DNA of 64,000 nucleotides from a bacterium (GTDB lineage Bacteria; Patescibacteriota; Saccharimonadia; Saccharimonadales; JAUPVS01): NCBI GenBank assembly GCA_029780855.1, contig JAKOXV010000003.1, positions 20,953 to 84,952 of the forward strand, read 5' to 3'. Shown piece by piece: positions 27,624 to 36,825 of this stretch (position 1 is its first letter; each line of letters starts with the position of its first letter). The notes under the pieces were generated by a model. It saw only the letters and a program-made list of their open reading frames with translations, ran no database searches and was not told where the DNA came from. The position numbers and the translations under genes were made by a program.

Positions 27624-29213
27624 CTACTGGATACGGACCGTGCCAAGCACAATCCTACGAACCTTGGAGACCACTGGTTTAACTTCAGCAAGCCCAAATA
27701 ACCACGATACCCCTACATGAACACCGAACGTGACCAAGATTATGGTTGAGAGTTTTACGCCGAGTGTCACAAAACCGCGGTCACTGATATTAAGCGGCAG
27801 AATCGAAATCATCAGGAAAGCGGCAATCACACTAAAACCAGTTACCGAAGTAATCTTGAGTACCGAATTCCAGAACGATGCATTAAACAACTTGTGATCA
27901 CGGAAGCCCATTATCGACATCAAAATTACCACCTCGCTCGCTGCCACAATTGACTGGGCCATGGCCAGACCAGCGATTCCGTAGTTTTCAGGCCGAGAAA
28001 GGTGTATGGACAGCACGATATTAAGTGTAATGGCAAAGATCGACACAAACAGGGGAGTTTTGGTGTCTTTCTGGGAGTAAAACCAGCGGGAAATTATCGC
28101 GTAGAGTGTCCGGAAAAAGATTGCACCAGCCAGGAAACCAAATACCAAGGCTATTTGTGGTGCACTCTGGCTAAAGATAAGGCGGGCAAAGTAACCACGG
28201 GCAAAGTAACTGACCACCGCAGTCGGCATAATGATCCAGAGCATTACCAAAAATATTTGCAAGAAGTCTTTTCGAAACAGATCGGGTCTATGCTGCGCCA
28301 AACGATCGTTGAGCCGCGGAAATGCAGCCGTAGCAATGGTCGTGCCAATTAGTAGAACTGGTGTGGTATGCAAAATATAGGCGTTTTCGTAGTAGGTGAC
28401 ATTCCCAAGCCCGATGCGGGTAGCCAGGTTGGTTTCCACAATACTGTTTATGGAGTCAATTCCCTGGTCAATCGAACGCGGAGGTAGCTGGCGCAAAATG
28501 AGCCTAAAATCAGCACTCCGCCACATAACCTTAGGTTCCCAATGAAAATCGGTACCGTAGTTACCAAGCAGAACAATCAGCAGCTGTAATAGCGCACCCA
28601 AAAATGCACCCAATCCCAAACCGACAAGGCCAAGGTTGTCCTTGAATATAAAGATACTCGCGATGATAGCTAGGTTGTATCCGAGCGGCGCCACAGCGTA
28701 AAAGAAAAACCGTCCGTAGGTTTGCTGAACGCTCGTTAGAATGCCAGATATGGCGAAAAGCAGCGGGTTAAAAGAAATAAATTGCATAATCTTTACGGCA
28801 TTAGCAAGCTGCTCTGGCGGAAGGTCGGGAGCAACAATGGTATGGATGATTGGTTTGGCAAATACCAGCATGACAATACCCACGATAGCCATGACAATCG
28901 ACAGCAGGTTGAGCAGACTATTGGATAAATCCCAGATCCCTTTTTTATCGCCTCGCTCTAGGTGCTCCGCCAATATTGGCATGAATGCAACGCCGAGCGC
29001 CCCAGCTGCAAGCGTAAAAAAGAAAAAATCCGGTATTTTGAAAGCCGCAAAGTAGGCATCAGTACTCTGGGGGCCGATCGCCGGGAAGTTCGCGTTGATG
29101 AGTTTGTAACGCAAAAATCCAAGCACCTGACCAACAAGCGAAACAACAATCAGCAATGCGGCAGCATTACCGATGCTTAGGCGTGAGTTTGCGCGTTTTA
29201 GCAATCGGTTCAT
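27624..29213 (-). CDS. murJ: lipid II flippase MurJ (MviN family)
   Basis: 529 aa with about 14 TM helices. N-terminal ...SRVLGFLR-like GQVLGFLRYKLINANF... is typical of MviN. Confidence 0.9.
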   Translation of the reverse strand: MNRLLKRANSRLSIGNAAALLIVVSLVGQVLGFLRYKLINANFPAIGPQSTDAYFAAFKIPDFFFFTLAAGALGVAFMPILAEHLERGDKKGIWDLSNSLLNLLSIVMAIVGIVMLVFAKPIIHTIVAPDLPPEQLANAVKIMQFISFNPLLFAISGILTSVQQTYGRFFFYAVAPLGYNLAIIASIFIFKDNLGLVGLGLGAFLGALLQLLIVLLGNYGTDFHWEPKVMWRSADFRLILRQLPPRSIDQGIDSINSIVETNLATRIGLGNVTYYENAYILHTTPVLLIGTTIATAAFPRLNDRLAQHRPDLFRKDFLQIFLVMLWIIMPTAVVSYFARGYFARLIFSQSAPQIALVFGFLAGAIFFRTLYAIISRWFYSQKDTKTPLFVSIFAITLNIVLSIHLSRPENYGIAGLAMAQSIVAASEVVILMSIMGFRDHKLFNASFWNSVLKITSVTGFSVIAAFLMISILPLNISDRGFVTLGVKLSTIILVTFGVHVGVSWLFGLAEVKPVVSKVRRIVLGTVRIQ

Positions 29214-29270
29214 TCGCCACTTATTATAAGAGGTATAGACCGATTATGGAACGCCGTTTTTGTAAAATGC

Positions 29271-31136
29271 TTAGTACAGAGCTGCTTCTTTAGGTAGCGA
29301 AGCACCTTTCAGTAGCATGATGACTTCTTCAGCCTCTACTGTTTCCTTTTCTAGCAATGCGTCCTTGAGTGCCTCAAGCTTGTTCTTGTTGGCCTTAATC
29401 ACCATGCGAGCCCGTCGAGCTGCCTCGCTGATAAGGCTCTCTACTTCGTCATCGATAATTTTGGCGGTTTCGTCAGAATACTGTCGTTCATGGACAATCT
29501 TTTCGATCATCATTCCTTCATCTACCTGGAATACTTGGTCGCGCAATTTTTTACCCATCCCCTGATTTACCACCATGTCACGGGCTAGTTCGGCAGCTTT
29601 TTGAAGGTCATTACCGGCACCGGTCGTAACGCGATCAGGACCATACATAACTTCTTCGGCAATACGGCCACCCAACATTCGGGCTAGCACGTCTTTGTAT
29701 TCGATCACGCTATGGTAGCTTTTATCTTCAGGTGGAATAAACCAAGTCACACCTCCGGTACCACCACGTGGAATAATAGTCACTTTGTGTACCATGTCGC
29801 TGTCTGGCAGTACGTGCCCCACTATAGCGTGTCCGGCTTCATGGTAGGCGGTGAGTTCTTTTTCTTTTTCACTCATCACCTTACTCTTTCGCTCCGGACC
29901 AATTGCTACCTTTTCAAATGCCGCTGTTACATCGGCCTGATTTATCTCTTTTCGATTATGCCGGGCAGCAACAATCGCCGCTTCATTGGCTATGTTTGCT
30001 AAATCAGCACCTGATGAACCGGCAGTTTTAGCGGCCAGGGCGTCTACGTCAACATTCTTTGCGAGTGGTTTCTTGGCAAAGTGAACTTTAAGTATCGCTT
30101 CACGGTCTTTACGGTCCGGTAAACCGATATTGACCCGTCGGTCAAAACGTCCAGGACGCAGCAAGGCAGGGTCTAGTACATCAGCACGGTTGGTTGCAGC
30201 TAATACGATGACGTTCTGGCCTTGCTCAAAACCATCCATCTCCACCAAGATCTGGTTAAGAGTTTGCTCTCGTTCATCATGGCCACCGCCCATTCCGGAG
30301 CCACGTCGGCGCCCTACGGCATCAATCTCGTCTACGAAGATGATACAAGGCGAATTCTTCTTTGCTTTTGCAAACAGGTCACGCACACGGCTCGCACCAA
30401 CACCAACAAACATCTCCACAAACTCAGAACCAGATATGCTAAAGAACGGTACGTTGGCCTCACCAGCAACTGCCCTCGCAAGCATGGTCTTACCAGTTCC
30501 CGGAGGACCAACCAGTAGAACACCTTTAGGGATTTTGGCGCCAACACCTTGAAACTTCTTTGGGAATTTCAGGAATTCAACCACTTCTTCAAGATCTTGC
30601 TTGGCTTCATCGCTTCCGGCAATGTCTTTGAACACCACCTTATCTTTTTCATTTCCGTACAAACGCGCTTTACTCTTACCAAAGCTCAGCGCTTGATTCC
30701 CCTGACCTTGGGCACTTCGGAGCATGAGGAACAAAACTAGGCTAATCAATATTACCGGACCAATCGTTGTTAGTAGTGTCAGCCATACTCCGCCAGCGTT
30801 TGAATCAGGTTGCGGATTTACCTCAAGTCCATCTACGTTTTGCTTGAGGCCTTGATCATAAATGGTAGAGCCAGCTTCTTTGTAAGATTTTTCGGTTGGC
30901 TGAGACTCGCCTTTAGGGGTAACCTCTAGCTCATTTCCCTTGATGGTTATTTTCTTAATCTCGCCGTTGTTTGCCTGTGATACAACTTGCGAAAGCGGCA
31001 CTTCTTTCAGGCTGCTAGACTGCCCGTACGCAGCGTAAATAAAAATTCCGATTACGACGATTAACGCAACAAACAGAACATTCTTGTATCCGCGCTTATT
31101 ATTACTTGGTTTCTTCTGGTAATTAATCTTTGCCAT
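29271..31136 (-). CDS. ftsH: ATP-dependent zinc metalloprotease FtsH
   Basis: [11 protein letters not shown] region, HEAGHAIV. Confidence 0.98.
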   Translation of the reverse strand: MAKINYQKKPSNNKRGYKNVLFVALIVVIGIFIYAAYGQSSSLKEVPLSQVVSQANNGEIKKITIKGNELEVTPKGESQPTEKSYKEAGSTIYDQGLKQNVDGLEVNPQPDSNAGGVWLTLLTTIGPVILISLVLFLMLRSAQGQGNQALSFGKSKARLYGNEKDKVVFKDIAGSDEAKQDLEEVVEFLKFPKKFQGVGAKIPKGVLLVGPPGTGKTMLARAVAGEANVPFFSISGSEFVEMFVGVGASRVRDLFAKAKKNSPCIIFVDEIDAVGRRRGSGMGGGHDEREQTLNQILVEMDGFEQGQNVIVLAATNRADVLDPALLRPGRFDRRVNIGLPDRKDREAILKVHFAKKPLAKNVDVDALAAKTAGSSGADLANIANEAAIVAARHNRKEINQADVTAAFEKVAIGPERKSKVMSEKEKELTAYHEAGHAIVGHVLPDSDMVHKVTIIPRGGTGGVTWFIPPEDKSYHSVIEYKDVLARMLGGRIAEEVMYGPDRVTTGAGNDLQKAAELARDMVVNQGMGKKLRDQVFQVDEGMMIEKIVHERQYSDETAKIIDDEVESLISEAARRARMVIKANKNKLEALKDALLEKETVEAEEVIMLLKGASLPKEAALY

Positions 31137-31170
31137 ACGTTCCTATTATACAGAGTGCTCCGAGCGAATG

Positions 31171-32058
31171 CTAGCGGTCTAGACCTTTGAGTGCCAAAAA
31201 GTCTTTTCCTATCTCCATGACCACTGTTTTAGATACACTCACACGCTTGCCGGGAGCCATTGTTTTGCCGGCTGTTTCCAGGCGTTGGATGGTTTTTTTA
31301 TCAAAATTTTCCACAGCATATTCCCTCAACCAATGCGCCAGAACTTCCGCTGAAACGTGATGCGGTAGGCTAATAAACCAGTGTCGGTCCAGCTTGTCGG
31401 CGCGTGATTGTACATGCATCTGGGATTCTAGTAATGTATCGATTTTTTGGTTAAGTTCTTTGGTGTCCAGCACAAGCTGCAGTAGCAGCTGTCGATCTGA
31501 AGCACTGAATTTGGGCAGTATGCTGTTACGCACATAGTTACGCAGGTACCGCTCGTCTTCGTTGGTAGAGTCCTCCCGCCACCGTATGTTGTGTTTTTTT
31601 GCATAGGCTATGATTTCATCTTTATTGAGATGCAGCATTGGTCGCACTACATGTGTTCGGCTACGGAGCGCTGAAAGCCCCTTGCGACCAGTACCGCGCA
31701 GCATGTTCAAGATTGCTGTTTCCAGCATATCGTCCTGATGATGTGCGGTGATAATTGCCTGGGATTGGGTTACGGTACGTATACGTTCCAGGAATGCGTA
31801 CCGTGCCTTTCGAGCCGCCGCTTCGCTGGCATTGGAGCCAAGCTGACCCATATCATACACAAAGGGTAGACCGAGCTTTTGCGCAGTCTCTTGCACTAAT
31901 ACCCGATCTTCTGCAGAATCAGCACGAATACCGTGGTCATAGTGAGCAACGGTTAGCTGGACTCCCCGCACATCGGCAAGGGCGTGTAGGAGCACCATAC
32001 TATCCACGCCACCAGACACCGCAAGCACATATCTTCCTGGATTAACTTCAAGCTTCAC
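31171..32058 (-). CDS. tilS: tRNA(Ile)-lysidine synthetase TilS
   Basis: PP-loop LAVSGGVDSMVL; 295 aa. Confidence 0.9.
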   Translation of the reverse strand: MKLEVNPGRYVLAVSGGVDSMVLLHALADVRGVQLTVAHYDHGIRADSAEDRVLVQETAQKLGLPFVYDMGQLGSNASEAAARKARYAFLERIRTVTQSQAIITAHHQDDMLETAILNMLRGTGRKGLSALRSRTHVVRPMLHLNKDEIIAYAKKHNIRWREDSTNEDERYLRNYVRNSILPKFSASDRQLLLQLVLDTKELNQKIDTLLESQMHVQSRADKLDRHWFISLPHHVSAEVLAHWLREYAVENFDKKTIQRLETAGKTMAPGKRVSVSKTVVMEIGKDFLALKGLDR

Positions 32059-32076
32059 CCTATAATCTTACCAGTA

Positions 32077-32595
32077 ATGAAACATATTTACTTCGCTCGA
32101 CACGGTCTCAGTGTCCTTAATAAAGCTGGCCTAATGGCTGGACACACCAATACACCACTTACCGATGAGGGAAGAGAGCAAGCTAAAAGTGCCGGCCACG
32201 CAGCAAAAGATTTGGGCATTGATTATATTGTCAGTTCCCCGCTGTCTCGCGCCCATGAAACGGCAGAAATCATCGCCAAAGAAATCGGCTACCCTGTAGA
32301 TAAAATCCATGTAAGTTCGCTGTTTATAGAAAGAAACTACGGACCATACGAGCAGCATCCGTGGTCACCTGATCTAAACCTGGATGGCTTTGCCGATGTA
32401 GAATCACGTGATGAAATCCTGGAACGCGCCAAATTAGCTATTGAATTTTTGCAAACTATCGATGCCAAAAACATACTGGTAGTTGCCCATGGCTCATTGG
32501 GGCGAGCACTCCGACATCACATCATGACTAAGTTTCCGTGGGAACACCCATCAGGGCTCAAAAATGCCGAAATTGTCAGATGGGATTTTAGCTAA
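32077..32595 (+). CDS. histidine phosphatase family protein (PGAM-like)
   Basis: FARHGLS...TPLTDEGREQA...VVAHGSLGRAL. Confidence 0.85.
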   Translation: MKHIYFARHGLSVLNKAGLMAGHTNTPLTDEGREQAKSAGHAAKDLGIDYIVSSPLSRAHETAEIIAKEIGYPVDKIHVSSLFIERNYGPYEQHPWSPDLNLDGFADVESRDEILERAKLAIEFLQTIDAKNILVVAHGSLGRALRHHIMTKFPWEHPSGLKNAEIVRWDFS

Positions 32596-33136
32596 GCTGC
32601 AGAGCCCGGTTTAAAGAGTGGAACTCCACTGCTTCAATAGGGAACGTAAACCAAGTTCCGTGCGGTTCCGTTTCCCTGACCTCACCCGCTTCTGCGTCAA
32701 AAACGGTGCTGGTGGTGTCGTGCTCAGTAGAAATTTGTAGGTAAACCACCGGCTTTACTCGCTGATTATTAGTACCCTGTAAAACGGTAACATTCTGGAT
32801 TTTTTCTCTGGCAATTTTCATATGACTGTACTGTTCGTCTTCCATCACGGCGTTTTCGGAGACCAGTTGTTGGTAACGAGACTGCCCCGGCAGAGCCGAG
32901 AATGTTTTTGGCATAGAAAGAAGTAATATATCTCCGTCTTGTATCGCTTCAGCGAGTACCGCCAGTTCCTGCTGTAATTGCGCCCGTGCAAATCCCTTCA
33001 GCAGACTTGGCTTCTCTTTTGCGTTTATCGCTCTTGCGAGCGCCAATACCGATTCTCGACTCCCTGCAAGGTTCTGCAGATCAATGTACTGCTCTTCGCT
33101 TGCTACCTCTTGTATATCGTTTTCAAGTATTGCCAT
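32588..33136 (-). CDS. hypothetical protein
   Basis: 182-aa ORF with no recognisable motif. Coding-like composition. Confidence 0.5.
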   Translation of the reverse strand: MAILENDIQEVASEEQYIDLQNLAGSRESVLALARAINAKEKPSLLKGFARAQLQQELAVLAEAIQDGDILLLSMPKTFSALPGQSRYQQLVSENAVMEDEQYSHMKIAREKIQNVTVLQGTNNQRVKPVVYLQISTEHDTTSTVFDAEAGEVRETEPHGTWFTFPIEAVEFHSLNRALQLS

Positions 33137-33334
33137 ATTTTTCTCCCATTAAAAAAGACACCTCGCCCGATGTCGTCCTAATTTCTTTTGGTTTTCCAGC
33201 TTTCATACTGGGATTTCATTATAGCACTGCAAAAGAAAGATCCACAAGCGGTTTGCCGCGATATCAACTGCTGCACCGATTTGCCAAAAATAGTGATTGT
33301 CTTTACCACTGGTGCTAAAATATTAGAGGGCTGC

Positions 33335-34015
33335 ATGAAAGATTCGGACTCACTAGAAGCGTTGTTCTTCACTGCAAACCGACGGCAAAGTTATCCAAAA
33401 GGGTCAACAATAGTGTACCGTGGCGGCAATCTAGACTATGTCTACTATATTGATTCGGGGTTAGTAAAGGTCTGTGATTTTGATATGTTTGGCTCAGAGC
33501 GGATTGTAATGATTGCGCCAGAAGGCCGTATGCTCCCCATATCATGGGTGATGTCGCGTCAACCTCCCGATGGCGCCATGTATGACTATATCGCCATAAC
33601 CAATGTCACCTGCTACATTCTCCCAATCCAGCAAGTACGAAATTACATTACAGACAACCCTGTTCTGTGTCGCGATATCACAGAACAGACAATTAAGATG
33701 TATGTGAATGCAACCGCTCGAATATACAATTTACAGCGTTCCAATGTTATAGAAAAAATTGAATTCGTGTTTTATTACCTAGCGATCGTGCTCGGCAAAA
33801 AACTAGATGACACTTCCTACATCGTTGAAGCGCCGTTTACCCATAATCAGCTTGCCGGGCTTGCCGGCTTAAGCCGAGAAGCCGTTTCTCATGAACTTCG
33901 AAAAGAAAGATACAGGGACGTATACTATAAAAAAGATGGCAGCACGATCATAGACATTAGTAAAATTGATACTGCACACATGCCGTACCTGTATTCCATG
34001 CGCCGTACGGCATAG
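33335..34015 (+). CDS. Crp/Fnr family transcriptional regulator
   Basis: Start trimmed to ATG 33335 (GAGGG upstream). A cNMP-binding-like beta-barrel region is followed by a C-terminal HTH (HNQLAGLAGLSREAVSHELRKE). Confidence 0.8.
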   Translation: MKDSDSLEALFFTANRRQSYPKGSTIVYRGGNLDYVYYIDSGLVKVCDFDMFGSERIVMIAPEGRMLPISWVMSRQPPDGAMYDYIAITNVTCYILPIQQVRNYITDNPVLCRDITEQTIKMYVNATARIYNLQRSNVIEKIEFVFYYLAIVLGKKLDDTSYIVEAPFTHNQLAGLAGLSREAVSHELRKERYRDVYYKKDGSTIIDISKIDTAHMPYLYSMRRTA

Positions 34016-34017
34016 TG

Positions 34018-34665
34018 CTAATGCACTTCTGCTTCGTTGCACCGTTTATACCGCCAGAACCGGCTAGCTTTGGTGGTGCAGTTCTGGCTGGTAGCAACGC
34101 TAGAACTCTCGGTAGTTTTTGGAATAGGGGTCAGATCGGCTGCTTGCTCAGTCGGCGCGGCAACCTCAACACCCGCTACCTGTATGTCAGGTGACGCCTT
34201 TGGAACATACTGTGGAGGGGCGACACTAATGGGAGTGGATTCCGGCTGCTTAGTCACTGCCAAACCTTTTGCAGCCCCGGGCGTAACCATTCGCTGGGCC
34301 GACACAAACACCGCTACGGCAAGCACTGCAACTACGGCAAAAGCCAGAGAAAAGCACAAAACCGATGCATTACGTCCAGTACTTGTGGCCGGCTCGCTTT
34401 GAGATGTCCGCTGTGGCGTGGTGGGATACGGAGTACTCTGTACTGCTTTGCTACGGTCTTTTTGGTGTAGCTGATTTGTATACCGAAACCGTGTTACGGG
34501 GTCAGAAAGCACCTGATACGCCAGATTTATGCGTACCATTTTTTCGTGGTCACCACCCTGATCCGGGTGATGCCGCTTCACCAGATGTAGATAGCGCCGT
34601 TTTATCTCTGAAGAACTTGCGTCCTCAGAAATCCCCAGTACGGAATAGTGATTCTCCCCCGCCAT
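34018..34665 (-). CDS. J-domain membrane protein
   Basis: HYSVLGISEDASSSEIKRRYLHLVKRHHPDQGG. A central TM (VLCFSLAFAVVAVLAVAVFV) is present. Confidence 0.8.
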   Translation of the reverse strand: MAGENHYSVLGISEDASSSEIKRRYLHLVKRHHPDQGGDHEKMVRINLAYQVLSDPVTRFRYTNQLHQKDRSKAVQSTPYPTTPQRTSQSEPATSTGRNASVLCFSLAFAVVAVLAVAVFVSAQRMVTPGAAKGLAVTKQPESTPISVAPPQYVPKASPDIQVAGVEVAAPTEQAADLTPIPKTTESSSVATSQNCTTKASRFWRYKRCNEAEVH

Positions 34666-34718
34666 AGTAGTCTCTATTTTATCAAAAATAGCGCCCGAAG
34701 ACGCTAGTGAAACAATAA

Positions 34719-34795
34719 TGGTAGCGGGAGCGAGACTTGAACTCGCGACCTCAGGCTTATGAGTCCTGCGCTCTAACCAGCTGAGCTATCCCGCC
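34719..34795 (-). tRNA. tRNA with anticodon CAU, elongator-Met-like (G1-C72)
   Basis: Reverse complement reads GGCGGGATAGCTCAGCTGGTTAGAGC...CTCATAA...GGTCGCGAGTTCAAGTCTCGCTCCCGCTACCA. Confidence 0.9.
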
Positions 34796-34852
34796 GTATC
34801 GAAAGTATTTGCTTGCCGCCAAATAACAGGTGTGAATATACCACATCTGTTA

Positions 34853-34897
34853 TGGAAACAAAAGAGTAGAGAGTCCCCGCATTTGAAGACTCTCTAC
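34853..34897 (-). terminator. rho-independent terminator of the tiny-ORF unit
   Basis: 10-bp stem GTAGAGAGTC/GACTCTCTAC (34866-34897). On the minus strand it is followed by TCTTTTGTTTCC. Confidence 0.65.
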
Positions 34898-34912
34898 ATT
34901 ACCGTACGACTC

Positions 34913-35011
34913 TTATCGCTTTTTAACAACTTTGATCTGGTGACTGTGTTCAAAGTTAGCGGGTAGAATTGGTGCTCCCTTTTGGGGAGGCAATACATCT
35001 TGAATTAACAT
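34913..35011 (-). CDS. possible 32-aa peptide (ORF B)
   Basis: MLIQDVLPPQKGAPILPANFEHSHQIKVVKKR. GGGGA sits 6 nt upstream of the ATG. Under 60 aa, so absent from the ORF track. Confidence 0.25.
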   Translation of the reverse strand: MLIQDVLPPQKGAPILPANFEHSHQIKVVKKR

Positions 35012-35024
35012 GGTTTTCCCCTAT

Positions 35025-35108
35025 TTACAGAGATTGAAGAATCTCGTCTACTTCTAAGATTTGCTTGTTGCTAGTAGGAGCAAGTTCGTATGAGAAGTTT
35101 TCTAACAT
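35025..35108 (-). CDS. possible 27-aa peptide (ORF A)
   Basis: MLENFSYELAPTSNKQILEVDEILQSL. AAAGGG sits 10 nt upstream. Confidence 0.2.
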   Translation of the reverse strand: MLENFSYELAPTSNKQILEVDEILQSL

Positions 35109-35167
35109 TGTTTTGGTGCCCTTTTTACTTTGTTTTATGGTTTTTGTTTATCATGACAACACTATGT

Positions 35168-35195
35168 ATTATACAAGTTTTTGCTTATTTGTCAA
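35168..35195 (-). promoter_or_regulatory. near-consensus sigma70-type promoter
   Basis: On the minus strand, TTGACA-N16-TATAAT, firing toward ORF A and ORF B. Confidence 0.6.
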
Positions 35196-35220
35196 TAAGC
35201 TTATGTTAATTCATATATGA

Positions 35221-35249
35221 TTGACAGTCTTACCTCTGTTTGATAGTAT
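35221..35249 (+). promoter_or_regulatory. promoter of initiator tRNA
   Basis: TTGACA-N17-TAGTAT, about 30 nt upstream of the tRNA and back-to-back with the minus-strand promoter. Confidence 0.6.
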
Positions 35250-35278
35250 TAAAGCTGCTTCACAAAAAGTGATGATAT

Positions 35279-35353
35279 CGCGGGATGGAGCAGTGGCAGC
35301 TCGCGTGGCTCATAACCACGAGGTCGCAGGTTCGAGTCCTGCTCCCGCTACCA
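35279..35353 (+). tRNA. initiator tRNA-fMet (CAU)
   Basis: CGCGGGATGGAGCAG...GGCTCATAACC...; C1 is unpaired with U72, and CCA is encoded. Confidence 0.88.
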
Positions 35354-35361
35354 AAACAAAG

Positions 35362-35388
35362 ACCCTTCTTCGGAAGGGTTTTTGTTTT
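35362..35388 (+). terminator. rho-independent terminator
   Basis: ACCCTTC-TTCG-GAAGGGT followed by TTTTGTTTT. Confidence 0.8.
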
Positions 35389-35587
35389 GGTTCTTGTGCA
35401 AGACTCGGTTCTGCTACCAGCCCAGTAAAGCTGGCGTGGTGGTATTTTTCATGGGCTGCGTATCACTGTCGTTACACTGTTTCCCGAAATTCACCACTGT
35501 TATTGATAAGTCTTTTGAAACGCTCCAGAGCGTATCGGAATCATAGCTAGATTTTAGCTGAAAAGTCGGATACAGTCCGTTATGGTC

Positions 35588-35927
35588 TTAGCCGTCATAA
35601 CAGTTTGCTTCGTTAGTATTTCCACCTGACCTGCAGTACACCACGTCTTTGGTCATAGTGAGATGAGCCGTATCGATTCCGACCTCCTGGACGGTATCAC
35701 AGTTTTTGAGATTGTTCCTTGCTCGGACTAGACATTCTCTCGTTTGTGAAGCTATCAAGCCAGCGTCATTCCGGACCTCCCGGTTTCTTTCGTAACGCTG
35801 AGCAACAGGAACCACAAATAGTATGACGATGAGTATGAGCGCCGCAATAACCAGCACTATTTAGTACCTCAATTATCGTAAAGCCCTGGTTCCCTAGTTT
35901 TGCTGGCCTACCAGTGCGGTGCCACAT
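35588..35927 (-). pseudogene. type IV pilin (PilA-like) interrupted by a +1 frameshift
   Basis: ATG 35927 encodes MWHRTGRPAKLGNQG|FTIIEVL. That frame then runs into junk and stops after 53 codons. Skipping one A in CTAAATA (35858-35864) joins it to the tracked 89-aa ORF (I)VLVIAALILIVILFVVPVAQRYERN..., which has 4 Cys. Confidence 0.7.
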
Positions 35928-36028
35928 CCCACTACCCCGTTTACTGTATGTATAGGGGCATTATACAGCACTGCGGCCGCTTGTCTTTGCCGGCCGCCTG
36001 CAGTACGCTTATGCTTAAGGAGAATGAT

Positions 36029-36763
36029 ATGGACGATTTTATAGCACCTAGTACATCAGACAACGAAAAACCAAGGCCAGAAGACGGCGAACCAACACCA
36101 AGTACGCGTATTCCAATGCAAGACACTCCCCGCATGCAGCCCCCTAAAAGATCCCGATCAAAAAAGGCGCTGGTGTGGATTCTGGTAACACTCTTAGTAG
36201 CAGCTGGTGCTGCATACGGAGCATACTACTGGCAACAGAAACAGCTAGACGATCAGCAAGCGGTGAACCAAAAGCAGATTGCCGCTTTGAGGGCAGATGT
36301 TGCCGCCGCCAAAGACGCCAAGGCTTCTAAGGCAACCACCACGGCATACTCAGTGAAAATGCCCAACAACAAAACCATCAGCTACCCCCTTACCGATGCT
36401 AACGCTACGATACTGTGGTGGTACGGAAATGAAAAAACCGACAGCCAGCAGGCCAACGGAACATATCTGTACGTTTCAAGCACAAAATTAGCACGATTTA
36501 TTTCCACCATTCCTGGTGAGTACCTAAAAACAGTCTGTGGCAACCAGGCCCCCACAAGTGGTTTTGATACTGCCAGCATTGATATGTTTGCACTAACCAC
36601 CAGCGACAAAACGCTCACCAAGCGGCAAGCAGCAAACTGCGTTGACATGCTATCCTCCAGTACCACCAACAAGGCCGGAACCTACAAAGATGAGGCCGTA
36701 AAACTACTCGCAGAAGTAAAAGCAGACATAGACGCCTGGGTGAAAGACGTCACTATTAAATAG
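36029..36763 (+). CDS. membrane-anchored hypothetical protein
   Basis: Start trimmed to ATG 36029 (AAGGAGA 5 nt upstream). Disordered N-terminus, TM ALVWILVTLLVAAGAAYGAYYW, and an extracytoplasmic domain. Confidence 0.6.
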   Translation: MDDFIAPSTSDNEKPRPEDGEPTPSTRIPMQDTPRMQPPKRSRSKKALVWILVTLLVAAGAAYGAYYWQQKQLDDQQAVNQKQIAALRADVAAAKDAKASKATTTAYSVKMPNNKTISYPLTDANATILWWYGNEKTDSQQANGTYLYVSSTKLARFISTIPGEYLKTVCGNQAPTSGFDTASIDMFALTTSDKTLTKRQAANCVDMLSSSTTNKAGTYKDEAVKLLAEVKADIDAWVKDVTIK

Positions 36764-36825
36764 CGTAAACAAAACATACTTTCCCAATCGTTGTGTAATT
36801 CATATATTTCCATAAGCGTTTTATA

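Noticed and set aside
33188-33334. 49-codon N-terminal extension of the Crp/Fnr ORF
   Set aside because: The composition is non-protein-like. An internal ATG with a GAGGG RBS gives the normal Crp length of about 226 aa.
34823-34853. 12-bp inverted repeat ATAACAGGTGTG-N7-CACATCTGTTAT upstream of the minus-strand tRNA (34719-34795)
   Set aside because: It overlaps a plausible extended -10 (TGgTATATT) and abuts the terminator T-run of the upstream unit. It could be an operator, but I cannot separate that from fortuitous promoter/terminator structure.
34853-35195. Known structured RNAs (SRP/4.5S, RNase P, tmRNA, 6S) as the identity of the tiny-ORF unit
   Set aside because: There is no GGAAGCAGCC-type SRP motif, no GAGGAAAGTCC RNase P motif, and no tRNA-like 3' end or tag ORF. 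6S RNA cannot be excluded by eye.
35221-35550. 109-aa plus-strand ORF
   Set aside because: It runs through the initiator tRNA (35279-35353) and its terminator, so it is an artefact.
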